Origin: Hydrolagus colliei
Lineage: Eukaryota
Length of the DNA stretch: 64,000 nucleotides
Direction: 5' to 3'
NCBI GenBank assembly: GCA_035084275.1
Contig: CM068764.1
Coordinates: 7,750,001 to 7,814,000 of the forward strand
Shown: positions 50,141-62,042 of the stretch, piece by piece
Numbering within the stretch: the stretch's first letter is position 1
Layout of the letters: every line of letters begins with the position of its first letter
The notes under the pieces: model-generated
Databases searched by the model: none
What the model saw: the letters and a program-made list of their open reading frames with translations, nothing else
What the model was told of the DNA's origin: nothing
Program-made: the position numbers and the translations under genes

Positions 50141-50520
50141 CTGTGGTGTGAAGGATGGAGAAGAACGAGGATGGCAAAGGGAGGATTGAAAGTGTGGGGT
50201 GGGGGGGGGGGGGGGGGGGGCGGGGGAGAACACACATTAAAATGTGGAAGAACATGGGAGTCAGTGGATTCCACTCTTGACTACAGTAGCAGAATTGCAA
50301 TTCAGGCAGCAGTGTTTACAGCACTGTTCTGTGGGAAGCCTAGCACTGGACTCCTAGCCGTTCCGTACTAATCAGCCTTTTGACCTTAAAGAGCCCGAGC
50401 TCAAGAACGGGCAGATAGCTGCCAGGATCACCCGCCCGCCTACGCTTAGCACAGGGTTCGACAAATTACACATATAATACACCGCCTTTCACTTTGTGAG
50501 GTCGACCCAAGGACTCCCGT

Positions 50521-50840
50521 GGAGTCCTGTAGCTCGGTGGTTAAGGCGCTCGCCTTACAAGCGTGAGACCTGTGTTTCGAATCCAGGCAGGTCAGGGCGA
50601 AACCTTGGGCACGTTTCCTTACTCCATAGGCCTAATAATAATCCGCCCAAACTACACTTTTATAAATTGGTCATTTCAATCCACGACTGTTTGTGGGGGG
50701 GCGCCGCTGTGCGCAATTGGCTGCCGCGTTTCACCCACAAATACGTATTCAATTCACTTTACAGCACATTCTGTGAAGTGCTCTGAGACGTCTAGAAGAT
50801 GTGAAAAGCGCTATATCAAAATGCAAGGATTATTATATTA
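50521..50840 (+). mobile_element. SINE copy, full length, near consensus
   Basis: ggagtcctgtagctcggtggttaaggcgctcgccttacaagcg...aaatgcaaggattatt. Confidence 0.9.
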
Positions 50841-51851
50841 CATTACTTATATGTTGCAGATTGAGCGAGCATCCAAAGGCATCTGGTCTATCCCAGGCAG
50901 CAACAATGCGCAAATATCAGTACGTTGCCCAAAGTGAAGACTTATTACTAATCCTGAATCGCCCACGGCTCGGTGCTGGTGACTGGAGAACGGGTTTGTT
51001 TTTGACTATTACTGAGGCCTATGTTCTCAGGCCGAGTCTTTGCCTCAACAACAACAACAAAGTAAAGAATGTCAGAGTAGTAAACCCAGAAGACACAGCC
51101 TGCGATTGAAGGGAATCGGCCTAAATACTATTTGAGTGAGCAAATAGCGAACGTGTGGGAGATGGCAATCAGCCTCCACAGAATACACAGTCACTTCACT
51201 TTACAGTATATCCAGTGAAGCGCTTTGAGATGTCACGAAGACGTGATGAGGCGCTGTATCGAATGCAAGGATTATTCTCATTATTACTATTAGTAATAAG
51301 TCGATAATAATAATTACATTTTGAAATATTTATTTTAACAACAGACTACACTTGGGTCGTCATTGGCTTGTCCAAGAAGAAAAAACACACAACCACACAC
51401 ACACACCCAAACATACACGCGCACACACACACACACACACACACACGAGCTCTCAATCTAGTCCTGAGCAGAGCAGTGATTTCACAGCTTCACAATATCC
51501 TGCTTGGTTGATGAGGGCCAACAAACATCCTCCATTTTACTGCTTAGCACATTCCGAGACAGACAGACAAACAGACAGACACACACAGACTCCACCATAG
51601 CATTCAAGATCTGCTGGTCCCTCAACAGATATTACTCGCAGGAAAGAGACTGATGGCGGGGAGTGAGGAGGGGGCCGAGGGGGGAATGGGGTGGAGGGTG
51701 AGAAATTAATGGATTTCTCACGGGAGAAAGCTAGGTTTGCTATAGATGTCTGAGTGCTGGGGGTGGGGAGGGTGAGGAGGGTAACGAGTTGGGGAGTGGG
51801 AGGGGGGGGGTGGGGAGGAGGCGCTCGGTGTGTGTTAAGCCATCCACTGAC

Positions 51852-51964
51852 CTGCTTGTGAGAGCAATGTCACTGGCCACCTCCCCGGCCTGGCTCTCTG
51901 TCTCTGGAGCCTTTCGCAGCCTCTCGGGGAACTGCTGTTCACCGCTTCCTCCTGTCGCAGGCAT
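51852..51964 (-). CDS. SRRM3: Putative alternative first coding exon of SRRM3 (MPATGGSGEQQFPERLRKAPETESQAGEVASDIALTS), SRRM4-exon-1-like
   Basis: gccATG start, open frame, cag|gtcagt phase-2 donor; upstream sequence looks like a 5' UTR/promoter. Confidence 0.5.
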
Positions 51965-53166
51965 GGCTGATAGGGTCTGTGCACAGCTGGCACCGGGAGT
52001 CACTGACATTCACGCACGCAGGGGACAGATGCAGCGAGAGCGAGAGCGAGAGAGAGAGAGGGAGCGCGCGAGAGGCTGCCAGCGACACCGCAAATCCCTG
52101 CTCTCATTCACAGTCTGGTTGTCATGGTGTACGACATGCTGGTAATTGTGCAGAAGCGCACAGCCCACCTACACCCACATCCACACCCATACACGCACAC
52201 ACACAGTGCTGTGTAGCCGTGCTGGTGTTTTGCCCCACATACACAGACACAGACTTCACACCAGTTTCAACAGAGTGAGCATCTCTTGGGGATTTGTGAG
52301 GGAGGATTTATTCTGTTGACATTTGGGTGTGAGGAGATTTCTAGAAGCTTTCTCTTTCTTTCTCTCACTCGCTCGCGCTCTCTGTCTATCTCGCCCACTT
52401 CTCTCCTCCTCCTCCTCCTCCGTTCCACTCCACATTGTCTAGCCATCTTCCACTGATGGATGGTTCCCTGCTGTTCAGAGCTTTAATAGACTCCAGCGTC
52501 ACATACAGCCAGATAGTGTTTAGAGATGCAACACTATCCATTTAACCATGACAAACAGGCATCTTTTTAAACAATAGATTTCTAACAGCTGTGTATGTGT
52601 GTCTGTGGAGGGGGGAGGGGGAATGGGATGGATATTTGGTTGTGGGGGGGAGGGGGAGTACAGGGAGGCATAGCCAAGGTAGACTGCTTGCAAAACGTGG
52701 ATTGTGGATCACCAGATTCACAGCACTCAGGATCGGACTGTTGTAAGCCCATTGATATACAGTATATCAATGTGCTCTTCAAAATGGGGGGCAGAAGGCG
52801 AGTGCGGAAAAGACCGACCGTGCTCACTTATCCTGCGCGAAAGGTGCTAGACCAGCATTTCACCCACATATATACAGTTGGTTGACTTTACAGCATATTC
52901 TATGAAGCGCCTGGAGACGTCTCGAAGACGTGAAAAGCGGTATATCAAATGAAAGGATTATTGTTGTATTATTAGTTCTTTTTTAAAAGCACCTTTCATG
53001 TCAGTAGGACATGCCAAGCCGCTGATCCTGCAGTTACGCACTCTGGGACGCACTCCCTGCCTGAGATGGGGCTATATAAATAGTTGGGGCAAGTTGTTGT
53101 TGTTTACCAGCCAATTAACTGCAGAAAATCAATACTCTAATGAGCAAAAAAATGCAAACACTCCAT

Positions 53167-53187
53167 TTCAGCACCATGGAGAGCAGC
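53167..53187 (+). promoter_or_regulatory. REST/NRSF binding site (RE1/NRSE) TTCAGCACCATGGAGAGCAGC
   Basis: Both half sites (TTCAGCACC, GGASAG) with canonical 2-nt spacer; lies inside SRRM3. Confidence 0.8.
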
Positions 53188-55168
53188 TGTGAATTGGTAG
53201 TGATTGGCTTGACTGTAAAGGCTAGTAAGTGCAGGGAATGCTGTGTGTTAATGTCAGGCTCCTATTTCTTCATACTCTCACCACCAGCAAAAAACATTTC
53301 AATGGAGATTCACTCTGAATATTTTTCTCCGAAGCTCTCTCAGGAACTCCATCCCAAACTCCCCCTGCCTCACCTCGCCTCTCCTCTCTCCCAGCTCTCT
53401 TTAAAGCCTCGCCTTAAGATCTTTCCTTCCGACCGTGCTTTCGGTCACCCCTTCTCGGCTCCCTGTCACCCCCAGCCGAAGAGTCCCAGTCAGACTGTGG
53501 TGGTGGGTGTTGAAGCGGGAGGTGGGTTGGTGGGGGGGGGGGGGGAGTAGGGGGGTGGGTAGGGGGATCGAGAGTGAGAATTTTCAGTCGAGGATTACAC
53601 AAACTGCCACACGATGGCGATATAAACCAACAATTCACTCAACTTCCCACTGAAATTCCGCACCTCAGACTGGCTGTAAAATGGCAGATGACGGGGTTTT
53701 GTCTCGTGAGTGGTTAATAATCCCTTCCAAAAAGTAATTAATAATAACTTATTTAATTATTCGGTCCACGACTATGTGTGGGACACTGCTGTGCGCAATT
53801 GGCTGGTGCATTTCGCCTCACAGAAATATACCGTACAGTCAATCCACTTTACGGTATATTCTGTGAAGCGCTTTGAGATGTCTCGCAGATTTGATTGGGC
53901 GCTACATCAAATGCAAGGATTATTATCATAAGAATATTGAATATTTGGAGATGTAATCCATGTATTTCTGCTTTCTTGACCTGATTATTTTTTGAACGTG
54001 GGGAGCGGGGGAGAGAGTAAGCTAATTTGCAGGAGAATTTCCCCTCACTTCTCAGTGTCTTTGTTATCCTGAGGCTGACTCAGGTATTCAAAGCCCTTCA
54101 GAACTTCAAGTATCTCAATTAAAACCCCCCTCAGATACTCTCCCCAGGTGAGTAATGTCCGCACGATAAGATACAATACAATAGACATTTATCCAGCATC
54201 TTTCACTTCTCTGAGGAGAGACAGACTTGACTTGTGTCTCTGTTTTAGATGGCGGAGGAGTCACCTAAAGTGAACGATACGGTCCGAAAATGGGGAAGGT
54301 GAATTGAGAATAAATAATACTGTAATATTGGATGTATAATACCAATATAGTGTATGTAATATTCAAGCAAAGAAATCGGAATAAATCCTCCCAACTAATG
54401 CATTATTTGTTACCCTTCTGTGAAGTGCCTGAAGCTATCAGATAGCTGGAGCAAAGGGAAAAAGCGAGCACTTCACTTGGCTGCAATGTCAATAAATCAT
54501 CATGGCAATGCCAAGGCAGATCCTCCCCCCGCTACACCCCACCCCCCTCACTCCTCTCTCTCTCTCTTGCTTTGGAACCTATTCCTTTAGGAATATGTCG
54601 AGCTGCTGTGGTTTCCGTTAATAATACAAAAAAGATCACAAGAAACATTGCCTGGGTCTGGGTCTCTCAGGAGAAACCGGTGGCGTCCATTAAAGTGAGG
54701 GACTGGCCTTTGGATTATCGCTGAGGAGGCAGCCTGGGCTTCTCTTTCTGTTTATCAAAATTAGAGCATTGCACAGTGGCACCTCTGGCTGGCAACATTA
54801 GCAGCTGCAGAAACAACAACAACCTTAGAAAACAGACCGATTCCGGTGATGATTCACGTACTGTAATTGATTTGTGATTTGTACACATGAAAGATGGCAA
54901 ATCTTCCAATAAATCTGTCAATGAATAAAGTCACATTTGACCAACGCACATCTGAACAAACGCAGATGAATCCCAGGTTTTGTTTCACCCCACACTGGAG
55001 CTCTGCGCTTCTCTAGGACTGAATTAACTGTTAACGTGTCTAACAATACTGACTCGAGGAAACGAATTGTAGCCACGAGTGCTACTAGCAAGGAATAAGC
55101 AGGCACAGTCATTAATCCCTGGTCAAACCCAGCGAACTGGGAGTTGGAATTCACCAATAACTGTGGAT

Positions 55169-55498
55169 GGAGCCCTGCAGCTCAGTGGTTAGAGCACTCG
55201 CCTTACATGTGGGAGACCTGGGTTCAATTCCAGGCAGGTCAGAGTGAAATCTTGGGCACGGTTCCTTACTCCACGCATCTGATAATAATCCCTCATAAAA
55301 ATAATAAATTGGTCACTTCAATCCACGACTGTTTGTGGGACAGTGCTGTGCGCAATTGGCTGCCGCATTTCACCCACATATATCTATATATATATAATAT
55401 AAAATCAATTAACTTTACTGTATATTGTGTGAAGCGCTTTGAGACGTATAGAAGATATGAAAAGGTGCTATATCAAATGCGAGGATTATTATTATTAT
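55169..55498 (+). mobile_element. SINE copy, full length
   Basis: Head, core, tail. Confidence 0.9.
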
Positions 55499-55668
55499 TC
55501 TGTTAGACAGACAGAAAGAAATATCTCGGTGTCTGTACCTAAGATACTCCTCAAGCCATTTAAGGTCCATTCAACAAGCCCGTTAAATTTTACCTCTGTG
55601 TGTGTGTGCAGTCAAGGGGGAAATGTCATATCCTCATATAGTGACTTGAGGGCCGTCGATGTACTTAC

Positions 55669-55770
55669 ACGTTGGGTCCGTGGGAATCCTCTCTGGTCAG
55701 CACTCCTTCCTTTTCCATCAGCATTTGCCGAAAGGTGCCGACTTTTTGGCGAATCTCTTCCAGAGTGTAG
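55669..55770 (-). CDS. SRRM3: SRRM3 cwf21-domain second exon (YTLEEIRQKVGTFRQMLMEKEGVLTREDSHGPN); preceding coding exon not found in window
   Basis: 102 nt phase 2-2, tttcag| and |gtaagt; nearly identical to SRRM3 YSEEEIRQKVGTFRQMLMEKEGVLTRED. Confidence 0.96.
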
Positions 55771-56040
55771 CTGAAACATAGAGCACCTCAAGTTAGACCA
55801 TCTTCAGATGGGAGAGTTTCAGTCTTCGGAGTCATTACAGCTCAGGAGGACGCTGTTCAGCAACCTAGTGCCTGCTCTGACAGTTTATTAAATCACGGCA
55901 GATCTTTAAATCCCACCCCCCCGGTCTTTTCCTCAAACCCCTTTGCTTCGCAGTTAGCTATTTTGAGCATCTCATTTGACTCTGTCTATGCTGCCCTCCG
56001 TATTCTCACCACCCCCTCTGCGCAAAGACACAAGGTTTAT

Positions 56041-56345
56041 AATCATCCGTGCATTTAACATAGCGCTTTTCACGTCTTCTAGATATCTCAAAGTGCTTCA
56101 CGGAATATATTGTCAAGTGAACTGACTGTACGTCTGTGGGCGAAACGCGGCAGCCAATAGCGCACAGCAGTGTCCCCACAAACACTCCCGGATTGAACTG
56201 ACTGATTTATTATTGTTCTTTTTTGAGGGATTATTATCAGGCGTGTGGAGTAAGGAAACTTGCCCAAGGTTTCGCCCTGGCCGGGAATCGAACCCGGGCC
56301 TCTCACTTGCGAGGCGGGTGCCCTAACTACTGAGCTACTGGACTC
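56041..56345 (-). mobile_element. SINE copy, full length
   Basis: Head, core, tail on - strand. Confidence 0.9.
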
Positions 56346-59300
56346 TACGTTGCCTTCTTCTTCACTCTGTAATTTTAATCCTTGCGCTCGCCACATGGTG
56401 CAAAAGTCTCAAAGCATTCACTGGTTTGCCAAGTGTAGTTAATGAGCCTTTCTGTTGCCTCAGCAGAAGCGGGACAGGTTTACAGCACATCCGGAGGGAA
56501 ACACTGAAATACATGCATTTCCGCACCTTGCCACAGCACTTGAAAAATATCCAAACTGAATCAAACTGAGTAGAAATTGAGGACAAAAATACTCAAATGA
56601 AGCAATAGGCCCGGAAGGCAGCACATTTGCATACATTATGAAATGGCATAGGAGGGTACGGTTTACTTAGAAAAACACACACACACACAGTTACTTAAGA
56701 GCCACCTGAGCTTCATTTGGACTGCGAGCAACGGGCTTGCTGATTTCCTCTTCATTTAATGCCATATGTCCACACTTCTTTGCGAGTTCAGGCTCTCTCC
56801 TTTATTGCGGTGATAAAGAACCTGGTGTATTATTCCAGCTCTCGGTAGAGCAGATCAGCCCAGCTCAGCTCCCACCCTCCACCTGCCCACAAGGAAATGA
56901 TGGGGGCCTTGAGCAGGCAGAGAATAGGGCATGAGATGAAGTGGAGCAAAGTTAACCTTTACTGTCAGATACAGCCAGGCAAGAGGGCAGGGGCACCAAT
57001 TCAGGGTGTGTGAAGGTCAATTTCAGGTGACACAGCAGTGAGTGTACCTTAAGCCAGAAGCGTAATTAACTGCTGGAAAAAAGGGTTAGCACACGGGTAG
57101 TTAAGGCCAGAGGGCTAGGACTGACTCACGTGAGAAGCAGCTCAACAGCTGCTGTAATGGGAAGACGGGAGGGCGGGGAGGGTAGGAGGATTGAGATCGA
57201 GTCTTTCTTGTAATCTTGCAAGTTCTGCTTTTTGGCAGAAATATGGGCAGCTGGGGTACTGATTTATATAGAGCTAATTGCTGTTCAGAGACCTGGAGAA
57301 TATTGGGAAGACATTGAGTGAGAGCAGATGGGAAGAGGGTTCCATGTTAGAGGTTGTTAGGTAGGGAGTTACAAGCTGTAATTAATAGACAGAGTTACTG
57401 ATATCACACAGTGAAAGACAAGGAGGGTGGCTTCCTCACCCACACTTCCACACTTGCTCACTCAGCCCTAGAGTAATTACTCTGCTGACTTATCTCTTAA
57501 ACCTTTGGTTGACGTTTTATTTTTAACCTAACCTTTGCTTACCTAGCGGTAAGTAAGGAACCCAGTTGCTTGTCGATTAGTGGATCGCTTTTCGGGGGCC
57601 GTATTTCCTCCAAACTCACTTACGCAGAAAAAAAATTGGGTCACTCATTCCACGGCTATTTGTGGGAGGCTGCTGTGCGCAATTGGTTGCTGCGTTTCGC
57701 TCACAAAATACAGTCAATCCACTTTACAGGATATTCAGTGAAGCACTGTGAGATATCTGAATGTTGTTGTTTGCGTTGCTGGCATTCATTGACACGTGGC
57801 TATCGCTCCGAACAATACAATCGAGAGGCCGTTTCGACAATGTAAAAAGGGGCGCTGTACCAAATGTGAAGTCGATGTGAATTATTATTACTCGAATTAT
57901 TACTTTAGCTCAAATTCTCCACTTGGGCCACCAGAGGGAAACATTGTCCTGAATGCACATTGTCAATTCCCTTCATTACTTCAGTCGCATCATCACCCCC
58001 ATTAACCTCCCCAGCTCTGGGGAATACAACTCAAAATCAGCCACGTAACAGAAGGTTAATGAGAGGACCGAAAGCCCGAGTGCGGGCTCCTGCGTGGCAT
58101 CTCTTAAAGGCACAGCCGCCTTTATTCCCCCTGTCGACGAAGGAAAGCAGACGATGAAGGGCAAGTCAATTCACTTTGAAGCGCTTTGAGACGTCGAGAA
58201 GGCGTGAAAAGGTGCTACTTCAATGGCAAGGATTATTATTATTATATTATGCGCAAAGGCCTTTGATTTGATGAAAGGAGGGACAGGCACGTACATGATC
58301 AATCCGAAGCAGATCTTCCCACTGATGAATTAATCCTTTGGGCAGGACTAACTGGAGTTGCGTTTGGAAGGTTAAGAGCGCTGGTCTCACAGGGGAGAGG
58401 ACCTAGGTTCGATTCCGGTTAAAGGCCAAACCGTTTCGTTCCTCCACACGCCACCGTATATTACCTGGCTGTTTGTTAGCCAATTGGTAGATCACTTTCC
58501 AGTGGAGTCTGATCCTGAGCCAGGGGGAGAGGGAGGGCTGGTGGGGGGGGGGGGAGAGGTGACTGTACGCACCATCAAGAAAGCACGTCTCAATAACTCG
58601 ATAAGGTACTACAGTATATCGAAAATGAATATATAATGATTAGAAGAAGTAGGGAAGGATGAGTTATAAATTGACCCACAAAAAATGCTCAGTCGGAGAG
58701 GGGGGAAAGGGAGAACGGAGGCAATCTCAGAATTTGGAGAGAAAGCCAAGCAAAATGTCTCCGTCACAAGCCACTTAACCCGGGTCGAGAGACATCAATA
58801 GCGTTCGCCAAGGCAACCATTACCCTGCCCGAATCAAAGCCATTTGCACACCCTCCCCAGAGATTGGTTGTGCAACTAACTATCTGCCACAGGTCAAAGA
58901 GTTTATTATGACTGAAAAAATCATTAGCGCTAATGTATTAGGACTGGGAGAGGAGCAATTTGTAGGGGAGACGCGTTAAGTGGCCCGGCCGGCAGGGGAT
59001 CACAGTTGTGTGTAGTTTTCATGGTATAAAATACAATCTATTGGAAAATGTAATTTCATTGGCAGCTGGGCTCCATGTTAAAATTCCACTGGGTTGCGTG
59101 TGGAAAAGCATTGATCTCAAAGTGAAGGGTATCACAGGTTTAATGTTTAATGGAGGGAGGAGTGGAGTGATGGGGGAGGTGTCTTAGGGGTGGGGGTGGG
59201 AGAGGAGGGTAAAGAGGCACACGGAAGCTGATTGAACTGAAAGATCTATTATGTGGTTCTCCCACAACAGCTATGTCTGTGAGGGTCCCTCGGTAAAGTT

Positions 59301-59820
59301 AGTTGATTGATTGATTGATTGATTGATCGAAATTCGTTTTGTCTCCGCCAGTTATAGGTTGGATATTGAAGCCAACCTCCTCCTGACGTAAAAAAGGGCC
59401 CTTCGCATTCAGATTATGATGATGGTGGGAGACTCATGAATGGGGGGAGCTGAAGGAAGAAGTTCCTAACTGGATTGCGGCTTTGGGGCAGCAAGTGTTG
59501 AGATGTGTTTCTATGCTGACAGCGAAAACATACTCAGTTTTCATACTCAAACATACGTTTGCGTAACATAATCCCCTTGGCTATGTTTGCTGACCACGTT
59601 TTCAACCCTGTAATCAGCTGCGATAAACTTTATGAGTGATTCCTGTTAATCCATCTCTAGCTACCTAATCACACAGCGTGCATGCAGGCGGACATGCGTG
59701 ATGCTATCTGAGGATCTGATCCGGTCCAGTGGGCGGGGGTGGTGGGGGGGGAAACGCTGCTGTTTTGGAGTAAAATCGCTGATGTGGTTTTGAACCATTG
59801 GGACGGAATCCGTTGTGGAC

Positions 59821-60108
59821 GGTCCTATAGCTCAGTGGTTATGACACTCGCGTTACAAGTGAGACACCAAGCAGGTCAGGACGAAACCTTGGACAAGTTT
59901 CCTTACTCCACAAGCCTAATAATAATCCGTCCAAAAATACAACAGGAAAAATTGGTCATTTTCAATCCACGACTGTTTGTGGGGACGCTGCTGTGTGCCA
60001 TTGGCTGCCGCGTTTCACCCACAAATATACAGTCAATTCACTTTGCAGCATATGCTGTGTCGATGAGATGTGAAAAGCGCTACATCAAATGCAAGGATTA
60101 TTATTATT
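59821..60108 (+). mobile_element. SINE copy with small internal deletions
   Basis: Head, core, tail. Confidence 0.85.
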
Positions 60109-61725
60109 GATTTGCGAATTTTAGCTCTACCTTTTTTTGGGACTCTCTTGAGATGGGCGAGCGTAGCATTGTCAGATGCGATATTAAACAAAGGTCTCAT
60201 TACATCCTCATCAATAGTTCTCTATTAAGGCAAAGGTTATTATTATATTCCCCCACCACTATTGTTTCCCCCACCAGTGTCTATTGGATCCGTACAGAAA
60301 AAGGCAGCAAACTTCAAATCCTCAGCCACGTTTTCTGTGATCAGCGAGGCCTGAATCATTTATTTTTCGATGTGGTTTCGACGCAGAAATGTTAGGCTCA
60401 GAGGCTGATAATTCATCCGGACGGATTCCTAATCCGTGTGCTCCTGTTCTGCCGGGAATTGAAACCCCGGACAGCGCCAATCGGATTGAAACTGGGCGAG
60501 CCGCAGCTTCAATGAATGTAACATCACTCTACCTGACACGATTTAGCAACACGAACGCACAGAGGCATGGCTGCCAAAATACTGGCAGCTCAGTGGCTCA
60601 GCGATTTAATGGAAAGTACGGAGCGATTTGTAAATTCCCGGGAGAGAGGAAGAGGAGGGAGAGAAAGGGGTGTGTGTGGTGGGGGGGGGGGGGTCGGAAA
60701 GAGAGTCGAACATGCATAAAATGGGTGTTGTGTGTTTCAGCTTCAAACAATTAGAGCCTGAAGGGAATGGGAGGGAGTTCAGAGTATGTTTTCGCTGTCA
60801 GCATAGAAACATCTCGACACTTGCTGCCACAAATGTGCACTGGCTAAACACGGCTTCTCGTACCGATGCAAGTAACATGACCTCTTTGTTTCCTTCTGAA
60901 ATAGCAGTCCACTGTGTTAAAGGCACGTATCTAGGCGTTAGACTTTAAGTGCTATTTCCTCCCCAAATCCCCCCAACCTTACCAAACCTCCACCCCTCAC
61001 ACTGTCTCTGCCTTGTGTCCTCCCTCCCCAGCATCAATCAGATAAAAGAGCAACTATAACCGATGACCTTGCATTGATACAGGTCACAAGCTCGGTTTTA
61101 ATTAGGATGGATATATTTACAAAAATTAGCATTTGATATTGCTAATATCATCACATAAATAATATTATTAATAATAATCCTTGCATTTGATACAGCGCTT
61201 TTCACATCTTTTTGACGTCTCAAAGCGCTTCACGGAATACATTGTAAATTTAATTGACTGTATATTTGCGGGCAAAACGCGGCAGCCAATTGCACACAGC
61301 GATCTCGATCAGCACCCTGACAAATAATTAAACGGGGAATGGGGAAAACTTTTTTTGTTACAACAGGCGCATTTGGCTGGTAGTTACAAGCACAATCACA
61401 CGTGGTCGGAAATTCAAGGGCTGGCACATGCCCCTCCCTGTACAGCAACGATGCTCTTTTAATTGGAAGTCTTAATCTGCTTTATTGTCACTTTCCTTTG
61501 TCAACAGCTGCAATAACGCAAAGAGCTAACAAAAAAAGTGTTTAAAATAGCAAGATTATTTCATCGCCTCTCCCACTCCTCATTAAAAAAAATGAATGCA
61601 TTAAAAAAGGATAGAGGGGAATTCTTTCCTTTGTCTCTGCTCACGCAATTGAGTTACTCTTGATGTCTGAACTGGCCCCAGCTCTGAGCTAACCTGTCTC
61701 GGGGTGCCCACAATCCCACAATTGT

Positions 61726-62042
61726 GGAGTCCTGTAGCTCACTCAGTGGTTAGAGCACTCGCCTCACGCGAGAGAACTGGGTCAATTCCAGGCAGGTCAG
61801 GGCGAAACCTTGGGCTCGTTTCCTTGCTTCACATGCCTAATAAGAATCCCTCAAAAAGAAAAATGAATTGGTCATTTCAATTCATGACTTCTTTGTGGGA
61901 CACTGCTGTGCGCAATTGGCGGCAGCGTTTCGCCTACATATATACAGTCAATTCACCTTAGAGTTTATTCTATGAAGCGCTTTGAGACGTCTATAAAAAA
62001 GATGTGAAAAGCGCTATATCAAATGCAAGGATTATTATTAAT
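61726..62042 (+). mobile_element. SINE copy, full length
   Basis: Head, core, tail. Confidence 0.88.

Noticed and set aside
50521-50595. tRNA genes (A/B boxes, TAC/TGC anticodon-like loops) here and at other SINE heads, also ~58354-58425
   Set aside because: No proper acceptor stem; each runs directly into the SINE body
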